Notes: a model not told the origin generated them from the sequence alone. A DNA stretch of 62,969 nucleotides, filler included, from Mitosporidium daphniae (GCF_000760515.2; 34 parts of 34 records of this genome joined end to end with filler, not necessarily neighbours in it); one strand, 5' to 3'; numbered from the whole stretch's first letter, positions 1-11,613 are shown. Numbers and translations are program-made.

Positions 1-1
1 T

Positions 2-2026
2 GTCAAAGTTGTACAGAATGGAAAGATCTATGATTTCATCCACTTCGTCGCCAACAAATATCGAGTAGTACTTGATGAAATACAAGATCCTCACAACCCA
101 AACAAAAGACCTTTTTGACGCGTCCGTGTTTTGCAAATACAGTTCCTTGATAGCATTCAACAGACATTGGATGCTGTTTATCGAAGACACGAATGCATCT
201 CCACGATGATGCGCCATTGTAAGGCGATAGTAAAGATGGCGCAAATACGACTCGCTGTACCCATAAAGCGATCGTTCTGCTTTGAACTCGAAAACTCCTT
301 TCCCGAAAAAGTCAAAAAGCCATTGCCGCAGTTGCAAAATGTTCTGGTTGAGGATGGAATTGGGAAAGACGAAGATCGGCAGTTTCCTCAAAATCGACGT
401 TGCCAAGATTGCGGCAGCGGGACCGAAACGCGTAGTCTTTCCGCCAGCCATTCCTTGTTGCACGACATACGAGTTTCCATGCATCGTTTCGTTTAAAATT
501 TTTGATATGATGGTCTTTTGTTCTTCATACAAGGGAAATCCCGTGAAAAACTCGATCAAAATGAAAACTTTGTCTTGCACAATGACCGGTAATGGACCAG
601 TAGGTATTTTTTTCCTCTTAAAAATGTTTAAAAACCCACTTGCGTGCATATTTTCAGTAAAAGCTTCATTTTTCTCGACCCGGGCCTGGCAAAAGGGACT
701 TTTTTTAAAACGAGGAGACTTGCAATAAAAGAATGTAATGAAATGGGACCACAAAAGATCAAGAAGCTCTGGGACCTTTTCAGCACTGACAGTGAAAAAA
801 GCCCCCAGTTCCTCAACAGACCCGCAAAGAAGTATTTGGGCGAGAAGCCTGGGGTCTTTTAAGGCTCCCAGGGGAAACCCATAAAGAAGCTCATCAGTGG
901 ACACTATTGATTTCAATTTCTCTTCAAGGGAAGCAGCATCACTAAACAATGTAAAGCTTGCATTTGCCTTGAACAGATCCGATGAAAGCGCTTTTCTTTT
1001 CATCGTTATGCTTAAGAGATTTTCATAATCGGCAGGAGGTTTTGGAAGCGTTTTAACAATTTCAGCTGATTCATCAGAAGAGGGTGACTGGAATCCGTTG
1101 TGTTTTTCATAAATATCGAGCATCTCGTGAGGGAACTTTTTTTTTTTCAAGTCATAAATGAAGGTTGAGAGCTTTTCTTTATCTAAAAAGTTATTGAAAA
1201 CCACGAAAATGACGTGAAATAAGGAAACAATTTTGTATTCGGGAGTATTTTTTTCCATAGAAAGATAAAATCTTATAGAATTGAGATAATGAGAATTCAA
1301 TCTGTTCGTAAAATCAGGTAAATTTTTAGATGATCCAGCTAGATCGTATAGAAAAGAGGTACCACTGCGGAAGCGAAAATATCTAAAGTCACTCGGACAG
1401 ATCGGCAGCTCTAATCTCGGAAAAGTATCTTGAGACAGTTTATAGTTAGTATCTTGAGACAGTTTATAGTCAGCATCTTGGATAGCCTTTTTAAGGTCAG
1501 TGATATTTGGTTGTATTTTTGACGACTTTCCGTCACTAGAATCGATTTTTAACTTGTTAGAATATGCCCAAAGATATTTATCTTCACCGATGTTGGGAAG
1601 AAAAGAGAAAAGCACCCTTTTATACTTGAATGGGATAACGGAAATCAAGCTTGCAATGTCGGTGATCTTTTCAACCCTATTGGTTTCATCCAAAAAGCCT
1701 TTGAAAAAGATGTTATGTTCATCAAGAAGATGGTTTACCCAGGCTTTTATCACAAGGTATTCAAGATCACGGTAGTTGATTTCAAGGATATTTCGCATAA
1801 TAACTAATTCAAGCTCAGTCAGTTGGAAAGAAATGCTCGTGTACAAGGAAACGTATTGCATAGCTCTGTCATAGTATCTTAAAAAGACAAGCCAATAGGC
1901 GATGGCAAGGTCGATCTCTCGATCATGGCCTTCAATATTGAAATGATCATCTCTACACGTGGCATTGACAAAAGTAAACTTGTATGAATCTCCAGGTGGT
2001 GACAGAGGTACCGGAATGATAATGTG
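2..2026 (-). CDS. Internal fragment (675 codons, open at both ends) of a large DUF3638-type P-loop NTPase protein
   Basis: Manual minus-strand translation is stop-free across the contig. It contains LIEFFTGFPLYEEQ, VVQQGMAGGKTT (Walker A-like, ~425-465), PIFVFPNSIL and FVGDEVDE (Walker B-like, ~34-58). Absent from the ORF track because it runs off the window edge. Confidence 0.8.
1424..1480. repeat. 24-bp tandem repeat (~2.4 copies) encoding YKLSQDT(N)
   Basis: agtatcttgagacagtttatagt occurs at 1424 and 1448. Confidence 0.9.
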
Positions 2027-2028
2027 GA

Positions 2029-2128
2029 NNNNNNNNNNNNNNNNNNNNNNNNNNNNNNNNNNNNNNNNNNNNTTAATTAATTAANNNNNNNNNNNNNNNN
2101 NNNNNNNNNNNNNNNNNNNNNNNNNNNN
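2029..2128. other. Artificial contig linker (first of 33 identical N44-TTAATTAATTAA-N44 spacers)
   Basis: The same 100-nt spacer, with stops in all six frames, recurs every 1.6-2.0 kb (4148, 6262, 8360 ... 61290). Contig lengths decrease monotonically. Confidence 0.99.
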
Positions 2129-4003
2129 TTGTTTCCTCTTTTGATATGAACAATTGTACGGGGTGATGGAACGAAAAGCTGCCACCGATCGGGAGTACAG
2201 CATTGGAGCTCGAGTTTTGGCGTGAAAAGCATAAAACACCATCTGCTTGCTGCATAATCAAGCCCAANACTTGGCATCCAACCTCAAAAGAGGAAACAAA
2301 GTACTTTTGAAGCTCTTGGGCAAACTTGGCGCATTGCAATGAAATGTTGAATGCATGGATCCACGAATCGTTTTCATACTCCACATGCTCCTCGATGGAG
2401 TGTACATTGATGTTCATTTCCGAAAAGAGATTGAAAAATTGCAACAAAAGCTTAATAATTTCGGGCTTTTGGGGTTCCCCCAAATCCTCATATCTGGAGT
2501 CGTCAATTATGTATCTCAAATCTTGAAAAGGATGGAAGTATCTTCTGTTTTTAATAAAAGGCGAAGTGAATGTGAATGTAGAGTCAACATATGCCTCTTT
2601 AAATCCGTTTATACTGCAGCTTAGGATTTTAACAAAAAGATTGTGGCTTTTAAGCAGCTCAAGGACAATGGAGGGAACCGTATATAGCTGCACAGAAAAA
2701 AAGATTATCGAATATTCAGCCTCAATATCCTGCGAAAGAAAGGACTTCAAAACGGTAGGATAACACTCGGTAAAGCAAATNCCAAGCTTCAGCTTGAAGT
2801 AATAAAACTTAAGCATCGAGTTCATCAAGAAAGTCTTCAATGTGGATCTCAGCTCCTTCCAAAGCAGTGGGTCGGACAGTATTAAATAGTGCACGATCGA
2901 CATGTTTTCACTGATGCAGGGAAAATCGTTGCTTTTCTTAATTTCCTCCAGAAAGGAGACCGAGTTTATAAATTCAAATGATTCCTTGCTAAAAAGGCGA
3001 GATGACAAGTAAATTTGAAGCCAAGGCTTGGAAGGTAAGATGTCGGTAATGATGGAAATGATTGCAGCACAAAACTCCTCAACATATACAACATTGCTTG
3101 GCAGAACAAGACAACGGAGACCGGAAAGAGAAACAAGAGATCTGTCCGTTACACTTTTTGTGAGATCTTCTCTAACGCTAATGGTAGCTCGACCCTAATT
3201 GTGAGCAGCATAGAGAATGGCACCTTTTTATCCACAATTTCAGCGAGCTCCCTTCCCTTAGGACGAGGATAGCCGTAAACCTGGCTTAGTATTCGGATAA
3301 CATCGTCAAATGAATGCAGTTCATCATTATATAGCAAAGTACTGTAGAACCCATCGCCGCAGAGGAAAGAGCAAACAGCGGCATCAAGGTTGCCAAAAGA
3401 AGATCCAATTATTTTTTGCACCTTTTTGTAATCAAAATGAGCATAGTATAAAGAAAATATTGGAAATAAAGACACAAATGTGACAATTAAATCAAGCGTT
3501 TGGCTGGGACGAATCGAATCTAAAAAGTCCGAAAATCCAACCAAGCACGACGCATTCGAATCAAATGCTTCCTTTGAGTGCACAGAGCATTTAAGATCAA
3601 CATTCCATGCCTCTGAATCTCCACAGTCACAGCAACCTCCACTGCTGCAGGTGATGGAATACGAGATCTCGTGCCCAGCATGGTCATCTTCATTGAAGCA
3701 TTGTGCACAAAACACACATGTGGGATCCCGACCACACTCTCTAAATCCAATAGCAAATGAAAAATACCTGCAACGATAAATGATATCCCCCTTGTTGAAA
3801 GGAAATCCGCATATCTTCCCTCGTTCCTCAAATTTGACGAATGTATCTACGGTTGCAGATAAGGGGGTTTCCTTATCAATCAAATCAGTTATAAAAGTAG
3901 ATAGTTTTTGGAATGTTTCCAAAGAAAACACCCTATTGTCACTTTTATATCTATCAGAGAGGAAACGAAGTAGAGATTCCCTATAGCAATTCTCATGATT
4001 CAT
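2129..4003 (-). CDS. UBR1: N-end rule E3 ubiquitin ligase UBR1, N-terminal part (3' truncated)
   Basis: UBR-box zinc finger (CG..F..G..IYRCRECGRDPTCVFCAQCF...H.GH...GGCCDCGDSEAW) and ClpS-like LLYNDELHSFDDV. Introns at 3741-3767 (27 nt) and 3195-3223 (29 nt) join the two ORFs. Confidence 0.92.
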
Positions 4004-4247
4004 GTTCTTCAAACTTAGAACAAAGCTTAAAGAAATAAACTCGAGTTTATTTTGTAAAATATAAATTTTTGTTCTCAATTAAGATTTTCAATGTGGTCGA
4101 ACACAACCCAGTCAACTCGAATTCGTCAACATAGGTGTTTTTCCTAANNNNNNNNNNNNNNNNNNNNNNNNNNNNNNNNNNNNNNNNNNNNTTAATTAAT
4201 TAANNNNNNNNNNNNNNNNNNNNNNNNNNNNNNNNNNNNNNNNNNNN

Positions 4248-6067
4248 CGCCATAATTAGCGTAAAAACAGCGCAAAACACTCCAAAAAGGATAGTTGAAA
4301 AGTCCTTTAAAGAGGAAATAATCATATTTTCGGTCAGGCTAAATAGGAAAGCACATAACCAACTCACTATAGATCCAAAAGAACCATAAGCCCTCTGAAA
4401 ATCTGGGGATGTGATTGTTGGACTAATCATCCAAGGGATAGATTCAAACCCGAATGAAAAAAAAAGATAAAGCTGAATGATGCAGTAACTTTTATCGGTT
4501 CTATATTGGTCCATAAACTAATGAAGAGTAAGAACGAAGAAATTGTGCATCCAGCTCCACTAACTACACCGATATATTTCATATCAACCCTATTGGCTAC
4601 ATTCACGATAAAATTATTGCTTGTCCCGTCCAGGTTTTTTAGAGCGTTAATTGCAACATTTAAAAATGCTCCAAGTAAAGGAGCAAGTTCCACAAGAAAA
4701 GAAATATCCCACGGGCTGTAAGATATTTCCCCTTTGTAGCAAAAATATCGGTTAATCAGAGAAAACTTTTGAAGAATATGGAGGAAGATGATAATTAGAA
4801 ACGATTTCCTCCCCTCCTTAATAACCGAACAAAAAATACTAACTATGTTCTCTTTAAAGGTTTTTTTGATGATCAAAATTTTTTTGGATATATTTTTATC
4901 TTTAAGAAGGAGATTTTCTTCAGGGAATAAATCTTGGCCAGGCTGTGAATCTTCGCCAGGGGGTGAATCTTGGCCAGGCTGTGAATCTTCGCCAGGGGGT
5001 GAATCTTTCTCAGAAAGAAAATAGTTTCCAGGGGACAAATCTTGCCGATACAAAACATATTTTCCAGGGAAAAAATCTTGCTCAAAAAACGGAATAAATA
5101 CAAGAAAAAAGGCTATTAGTGCTAATAATGCGGTTCCACAATTAAGAATTCTCCAGGCCAAAGAATAGCTATGTAACCAATACTGTTGGAGGAATCCATT
5201 AAAAAGTCCACTTCCTGAAAGAATTAGTGGATAAATGGTTGTAAAACTCTCGGCTATGAACTTATAATCTAAAATCAGCAGGGAATCGCTAATAAAAATG
5301 GGAACCATTGTACCAGCAATTCCACTGCCGATTCCAAGAAACAAACGCCCAATACCTAAGAATGTCCCATAGATTGAAGCACAAGAAATCAGCCCTCCAA
5401 AAAAGAGGAATGTAGCACTGGCACCTAGATTCTCTTGAGTGCTGTAGTACGAAGTAAATATGGTAACCACCGATCCAAGGATCCCACCGAAATAAAAACC
5501 ATAAAAGGCAAAAGAACGCTCTATCTCCGAGCGAAATTCAAAGTTATAATACCATTTAGACTTATCCAAATTCATATCAGCAGACATGTTGGAAGAAGAA
5601 GGCTTTTTTGAGGGCATCTCTGTGATATCTGAAGTTGAAATTTTGAATTCTACATTTCCAGTTGGAGGTGTAATATTCGAAGCGCTGGCATTATCTTTAT
5701 CTGATTTAATGACATCGCTGCTAGACTGTATGCCCAAGTTTTTGTGTGTAGCACTTTCATTCATCAAGACTCTTGTATTCGGACCAGGAGAGATCGCTAT
5801 AGCTTGGTCATAAGAAGCACCTGAAGTCATAGCATCGGCAGATGGGTATTTTTTGTATGCAACCTCTAACTTGTCAAGATTTTCAGCCTGTTCAAATTCT
5901 TGCGGAAAAATAGGAATAACATGAAAAGAAGATAGAGCAACAAGAATACATGCCCCAGTTAACCTTAAAACCGAGCCAGCCCCTGAAGAATTAAAAGAAT
6001 TTGAAGTGAAAGTTAAAGAAGTCAAAAGCAGAAGAGCAAAGAGGTGTTTTAAGCTGCTGAGATTCAT
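4248..6067 (-). CDS. Divergent MFS sugar-porter-like transporter with signal-like N-terminus; frameshift at homopolymer 4457-4465; 3' truncated
   Basis: Multiple TM segments, GRLFLGIGSG...VPIFISD, WR, LHILQKFS and, after a 1-nt shift in a T9 run, FSFGFESIPW. Confidence 0.7.
4930..5007. repeat. 36-bp coding tandem repeat (DSPPGEDSQPGQ x2) in the central loop
   Basis: Exact duplication visible in DNA and protein. Confidence 0.9.
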
Positions 6068-6361
6068 TGAAAACTCGGATGAGTCATCAGGCTATTTGAT
6101 CTGATTTTAGTGTGAAATACGCCAGAATTGCGTATTAAAATCCAACAGCAAATTTAGGGTTGTAGCTCTTTAAAATGTGAATGAAAATCTTTCGTGACCT
6201 GCAACGCGTAGCTACAAGCATTCCAACTCTAACCTTACATGTATAGACGCGTCTTTGCTCTNNNNNNNNNNNNNNNNNNNNNNNNNNNNNNNNNNNNNNN
6301 NNNNNTTAATTAATTAANNNNNNNNNNNNNNNNNNNNNNNNNNNNNNNNNNNNNNNNNNNN

Positions 6362-6671
6362 TGGATGGCAAGATTTTCAGATCCTGTACCTTCTTATAAA
6401 CAGCAGATGAATCAAAGTTGGAGCCTTGTATAATTGTGTCCATAATCTTATCGTAGACTTTCGAGTTAATGGCGTATTCTTTATTTTTTAGATTTTCTCT
6501 AGAAAGCGAAAATATTGTTTTCATCGCTTCATTTGCAGCTACTCGATTTTGTCCTTCAAATACCTTCGGAGTAAAATCGTCTGCGATGAACTGGCAAAGA
6601 TCTTCAATCTTCAAATTTTCGCTTATTAAGGTATCAGCAAATAATCCGATGCATATCAATGCAAACCTCAT
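6362..6671 (-). CDS. Hypothetical protein, possible signal peptide, 3' truncated
   Basis: MRFALICIGLFA start; frame stays open to the contig end. Confidence 0.45.
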
Positions 6672-7600
6672 AAGTCTTGTGATCGTGCCTATGTACATCA
6701 AAAGCGTGGTTTTGTAAAATGCAATTTTTAATTAAAGGGCTATCAAAACGAAGGCTATTGGTGCTTGACGCACGCCGCAGATTACAGGCCAACTCAGCAT
6801 GTAAATTCTCCCGAATTTGCGTACATTTTACAGGTTTTAAATTTTAAATGGCAGTTAAATGCCATACAATTCTATTCTTATGAGATTCAGGAAAGTCAGC
6901 ATCGCGTATCAAGCGTTTTCGAGCATTTTTGAGAATTCCATTGATTCTTGCACCCTCTTTCTTAAATTCAAACTGCAATTTCTCCAGTAGAATCAAATTA
7001 ACTTGGCGATATACACTTGCAGCAGCTGATCTTGTGGTTAGTGCTGTTAGTTCCACAGCACAGCTCCCCCTGAGTATTAGCATTTTGGATTGAATTATTA
7101 GCCCCAATAGCATCTATTGATTTAAGCCTAATAAGCTCCTGGCTGGTGGCCACTTGATAGCTGTTCGCAAAACCCAGGTATCTCATCCCCGTAATCAAGG
7201 TTTTATGGCGACATATAGCATGGTGATCTGCCAAACCCATGTTCTCTCAAATTAGAAGAGAAATAGTCAAAATCTAACCTTAACTCTGTTTATTAAAACA
7301 TAAAACATATTAACATCTAACCCTTGGCCTTGACAATTTGATTGAGTGAAAAATTGGCCCATTCCATATGAAAAACGAAGAACCTAATCTTCCCTTTAAG
7401 GACATTGTCGTCAATCCTAAAAGCTTGCAAAAAGGCGTGTCACTTGTATGACAGGTGATAGCAATTTTCTATCAACACACAATTTGTGTTTGCCTTTGAA
7501 TCTGCAGAGTTTACAAACGCCGCATTGTGCATGGCATCGTCTCGGAAAGACATTTGCAAAAAATGAAGGACATAATTTAAAAGTTATGAACTACAACATT

Positions 7601-8359
7601 TTAAAATTTAAAGTAGCTNAATGGGAAAACTAGATCCATCCTCTTGTGCGATTCTAGCAAGCTTTTGACCTTCAGTATTGGATTGGCACCAGAGGGATTG
7701 AAAATCAGCTTTTCCAGGTGTCCAAACTTATACTTGGCATAGGCAATGTAGAAAAATGGGCTTTCAATGCTGTCGATATCAGAAAGCTTGGTTGGCAATT
7801 TTGAGGGCGGCAGTGCGTCTATTCTCATCCTGAATTGAAAAAGCGCCCACAGTGTCCATCTAATTGAAACGACGCACGAAAAAAAAAGAATTTCGTTAAT
7901 GATTTCTTGGGCTTTGTCTTCTGATAGTGCGAAATCGGCCATGCCCGCACCCAATTCTCTAATGTAGGTGTTTATGAATGCGACAATTCGGGCATCATCA
8001 GGAAAAAGATCGTAGTTATGCATATACGGTTGCAAAGTGGAAAAGCAATTCATGTATTCGCAAAAATGGTTGGCAATGTCCAATGCTCTGCTTCCAAACC
8101 CAGCATATTCATAGTCTATAAATGCGAGCTTTGTCGGATCTGTTTTGGATGCCATTATATTGGCATTAAAAAGATCTCCGTGGATGAAAACGATTGCCTT
8201 TTGGTCCTTGGATATCTCTTGAAGAGTACGCGTAATAAAATCTAAACTCTCTTTAAATTTCTCGTCATAAACACGGATTTCACCGAGAAGATCACGGAGA
8301 AACGGATTGAATGACGAATATTTGGATCCAAAAAACTGTTCAAAAGAATTTCCAAGCAA
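7601..8359 (-). CDS. Choline/ethanolamine kinase, C-terminal part
   Basis: Brenner motif HGDLFNANI and choline kinase motif FIDYEYAG...DIANHFCE. Confidence 0.9.
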   Translation of the reverse strand: MLGNSFEQFFGSKYSSFNPFLRDLLGEIRVYDEKFKESLDFITRTLQEISKDQKAIVFIHGDLFNANIMASKTDPTKLAFIDYEYAGFGSRALDIANHFCEYMNCFSTLQPYMHNYDLFPDDARIVAFINTYIRELGAGMADFALSEDKAQEIINEILFFSCVVSIRWTLWALFQFRMRIDALPPSKLPTKLSDIDSIESPFFYIAYAKYKFGHLEKLIFNPSGANPILKVKSLLESHKRMDLVFPXSYFKF

Positions 8360-8459
8360 NNNNNNNNNNNNNNNNNNNNNNNNNNNNNNNNNNNNNNNNN
8401 NNNTTAATTAATTAANNNNNNNNNNNNNNNNNNNNNNNNNNNNNNNNNNNNNNNNNNNN

Positions 8460-8840
8460 ATCAACAATAGTCTCGTTGTGGAACGAGTCTCCAGCGTCTG
8501 TGTTTGGAAAAGCCATCCCTTCAACCTCCCTAAACTCGTACTTCCTATCTGTGATAAAGAAAGAGGGGGTAGAAGGTGTATTGAGCGACGCAGATTTTTG
8601 AACCATCAATCCCAGCACCCTGACTCCGTCACTTTTTTCGCAAACGTGATAATCTGCACACAGAAGCTGACCGACGTTCTCTCGATCAAGAGAAACAGGC
8701 TGCATGCCTGGAAAGTCCTTGGAATTTGTCAATGCATGGATTCTAGATTTTAAGAAGCTATCTATGATTGCAGCTACAGGCTTTCCGAGCGACTCTATTG
8801 AGGGCGACTTTGAGGATGCCGAAATCATTGCACCAGACAT
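8460..8840 (-). CDS. CEG1: mRNA capping guanylyltransferase, N-terminal part
   Basis: FPGMQPVS and active-site motif I VCEKSDGVR. Confidence 0.9.
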
Positions 8841-8868
8841 TTCAAATTGAAAAATATACAAAATTTAA

Positions 8869-9564
8869 TTAACTGACCGGCAGCCTGTCAATTGGAAATG
8901 GGATAATTCCTAATTTTTGACGAAGCTCGGAAACTTGGATATGCAGATACTTTTCAAAATACACACCCAATAAAAAGCTTGCATGCGGGGGCGCATTGCG
9001 GATGGCCCATGGAAATGCAACATTCAGGACAAAGGATCTGGAGTTGGCATCAAGAAGGAACATGGGGGCAAAGCCGCCTGCCAAAAGAGTCATGGGGAGC
9101 CCTGTCTGGAAAAACTCCATCCATTTTAGAGAGAGCTCACCAACAACGGAAATAGGGATGTTCCCCGCTAAAACGTGCCAAAAGTCGTGGACTTGCCTGT
9201 ACCTAAGAATCACATATGAACGAGGATCATTGGAATCCATCCAACGTATGGGCGCACGAGAGTCGGCCGAAATATTGTTTTCGCTCATGAAAGAAAAATA
9301 TTCGTAGCCAAGCGAGCCACGCGCACAATTTAATGCTTTTTCATTGATGCTGTTGGCTGAAATAAAGGGACGTTCTTTCATGATTTTTCGCCCATCCTCG
9401 GTAGTAAACATTTTCAAAAGTAAATGGGTAGAAGCAGTATTTCCGAGTAATTCTCCGAGGGTTGCAACCGAAGATCCGTCTGCTGGATGTCGAATGGCAT
9501 TAAATAGGGAAGATGCGATGGCAAGAGGCCGCGAACATTGGAACATGGAATTGGGGGTTAGCAA
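8869..9564 (-). CDS. COQ4: Ubiquinone biosynthesis protein COQ4 (start uncertain)
   Basis: LGE, GSLGYEY, RYRQVHDFWHVL...GE..LKW.EF.QTGLPM. Confidence 0.93.
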   Translation of the reverse strand: MLTPNSMFQCSRPLAIASSLFNAIRHPADGSSVATLGELLGNTASTHLLLKMFTTEDGRKIMKERPFISANSINEKALNCARGSLGYEYFSFMSENNISADSRAPIRWMDSNDPRSYVILRYRQVHDFWHVLAGNIPISVVGELSLKWMEFFQTGLPMTLLAGGFAPMFLLDANSRSFVLNVAFPWAIRNAPPHASFLLGVYFEKYLHIQVSELRQKLGIIPFPIDRLPVS

Positions 9565-9954
9565 ATAAATTCTTGGCTGAATATGTCATATGGCTGCCGT
9601 AACCCCAGCTCGTCAAAATGGAATTGTTTACATTTAAATTGGGCTAGGGTTACAAGCAGTTTCTGCTAGCTAGCCCCTGGTGTTGATCAAAGATGTATCT
9701 GGTGCAGTTCACAGGAAAGATTTTGCAAGTTTAATCAAATCGATGCGATTTTGCTGGGGTTAAAGCCGATTTCTTTAATTAAATGCTCACATTTGATAAC
9801 ACCATCGAGATCAGTTGACGATGCCACTAATATTGCTACTTGAGCGCTAAAGACATATTTTACAGCTGGTTAAAGGATATCGACACCCATAACGTACCTC
9901 AAGCACACCGTATGTCTCTTTGTAAGCAACGATTTATTTGGCTTCTATTTACAT

Positions 9955-10432
9955 CTAGTTGGCTATGTCTTTTGGAACTGCCAAATAATCACAATGGCTG
10001 AATTTTGTGTACGAATAGCCATAGTCCTCCAATATCTCAAAAACCCTGTGGTAGCCGGCTGCAAATGGCCAGTTTTCCAGAATAATCGTGGGTCTGTTTT
10101 TGGCGATGGTTTCTTTTGCACCTCTAAGAACATTAGCCTCGTATCCCTCGACATCTATCTTAATGAAAGAGACATTTTCAAGCAACAAAGAATCGAGCGT
10201 GATCATCTGTGCAGAGTCTCCGCCATTGCCAATGGCCAAGTTTCCTTCGTTTGTTGGATTCCTAGGGTTCATCTGAATTATCTTTTCACATTCTCCCAGA
10301 ACTTGGCGCCTCAGCTCAACAATGCTTTGAAGATTGTTTAGTTTCAAATTATGGGTTTGTTCAGCATATAGCTTCTTTTGCGGCTCAAAGGCAACAACCT
10401 TTCCATTTTGACCAACAGCCTTGGCCATATTC
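9955..10432 (-). CDS. FkbM-family SAM-dependent methyltransferase, 5' truncated
   Basis: GKVVAFEP, N.KLN, TLD, FIKIDVEGYE..VL.GA..TI...RP.IILE. Confidence 0.9.
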
Positions 10433-10532
10433 NNNNNNNNNNNNNNNNNNNNNNNNNNNNNNNNNNNNNNNNNNNNTTAATTAATTAANNNNNNNNNNNN
10501 NNNNNNNNNNNNNNNNNNNNNNNNNNNNNNNN

Positions 10533-11123
10533 CTCGGTAAATTTTCGCTTTCTGGGATTCCCCCGGCTCCGCGTGGCGTTCCTCAAATCGAGGTCGTTTT
10601 TGATATCGATGTCAATGGTGTCCTTCGTGTAAATGCCTATGACCTTGCATCTGCAAACAAAGACAAGTCGTCCGGAATTACAATTACCAACGACAAGGGT
10701 CGTCTCAGTCCAGAAGACATCGAGCGTATGGTTGCCGAGGCCGAAAAGTATGCCGAAGCCGATCGGATGACTCAGGCCAAGATCGAGGCTCGCAACAGTC
10801 TTGAGGCTTATGTTTACAATGTCAAGAACCAAGTCGGCGATGCAAATGGCCTCGGAGGCAGCATCTCTGATGAGGATAAGACAGCAATTGTTTCCATCGT
10901 AGAGTCCACGATTTCTTGGTTGGATCGCAATCCATCCGCAGAAAAACAAGAGTATGACGAAAAGCGCGAGGAAGTTGAGAAGGTCGTTCATCCCATCACA
11001 TCCAAGATGTATGGAAAAAATGCAGGCACAGCAGATGACGCTCAGTCCGGTTCTGGAGCCGGCTTCAAGAGTGGCAAGAAATTTGGACAGGATGACGATT
11101 CCTATGAGCACGATGATTTATAA
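10533..11123 (+). CDS. KAR2: ER Hsp70 BiP, C-terminal part ending HDDL
   Basis: LGKFSLSGIPPAPRGVPQIEV, ITITNDKGRLS.EDIERMV.EAEKYA and a C-terminal ER-retention-like HDDL. Confidence 0.88.
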   Translation, partial: LGKFSLSGIPPAPRGVPQIEVVFDIDVNGVLRVNAYDLASANKDKSSGITITNDKGRLSPEDIERMVAEAEKYAEADRMTQAKIEARNSLEAYVYNVKNQVGDANGLGGSISDEDKTAIVSIVESTISWLDRNPSAEKQEYDEKREEVEKVVHPITSKMYGKNAGTADDAQSGSGAGFKSGKKFGQDDDSYEHDDL

Positions 11124-11256
11124 ACGGCTTGTGATCAATAAATATTTTATTGTCCCAGTTAGCGAAATGGCCCGGCTTACCCGTTCACACCGCGATGCGC
11201 TCGCTAAGTGTGCCGGGGTTTGGTTTATTCTACTTGGTGCCAATATTTTTGATAGT

Positions 11257-11613
11257 TTATTTTTGCGACGGACTTTGTTTGAAAAGGTCTTCCAGCGATT
11301 TTTTCGCTGCTTCGGAGAGGGTTATACCAAAAGCTGTTTTAGAAGCAAAATAGAGCCCAATCATAACATATGCCCAGGTTGCTGAAAAGCCGAGAATCCA
11401 ACAGAACACCACTAGTGATAGGATTACGGTTACGAAGACCAATACAACGTATGGCACTAATCCTCTGATGGAATCAACAAGTGGAATGTAATTCAGCAAA
11501 AGCATCTTTAATGCATTCGAAACAAGTAGTACGATATATGCGATGATTGAAATACCAGCGTTACCAAAAGCAGCAAGCGAAAAACCTTCCATTTTAAAAA
11601 AATAACTTTGCAT
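11257..11613 (-). CDS. Small hypothetical membrane protein
   Basis: ~118-aa hydrophobic ORF filling the gap between the two Hsp70 genes. Confidence 0.45.
   Translation of the reverse strand: MQSYFFKMEGFSLAAFGNAGISIIAYIVLLVSNALKMLLLNYIPLVDSIRGLVPYVVLVFVTVILSLVVFCWILGFSATWAYVMIGLYFASKTAFGITLSEAAKKSLEDLFKQSPSQK

Noticed and set aside
131..862. Plus-strand ORFs of 72-148 aa in contig 1
   Set aside because: Antisense shadows of the long minus-strand NTPase ORF.
4457..4465. Frameshift in the transporter gene as programmed frameshifting
   Set aside because: It falls in a 9-nt homopolymer, so a sequencing error or simple slippage is more likely.
10485..11111. 208-aa minus-strand ORF opposite BiP
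   Set aside because: Antisense open frame of the kind commonly seen opposite Hsp70 genes; no independent support.
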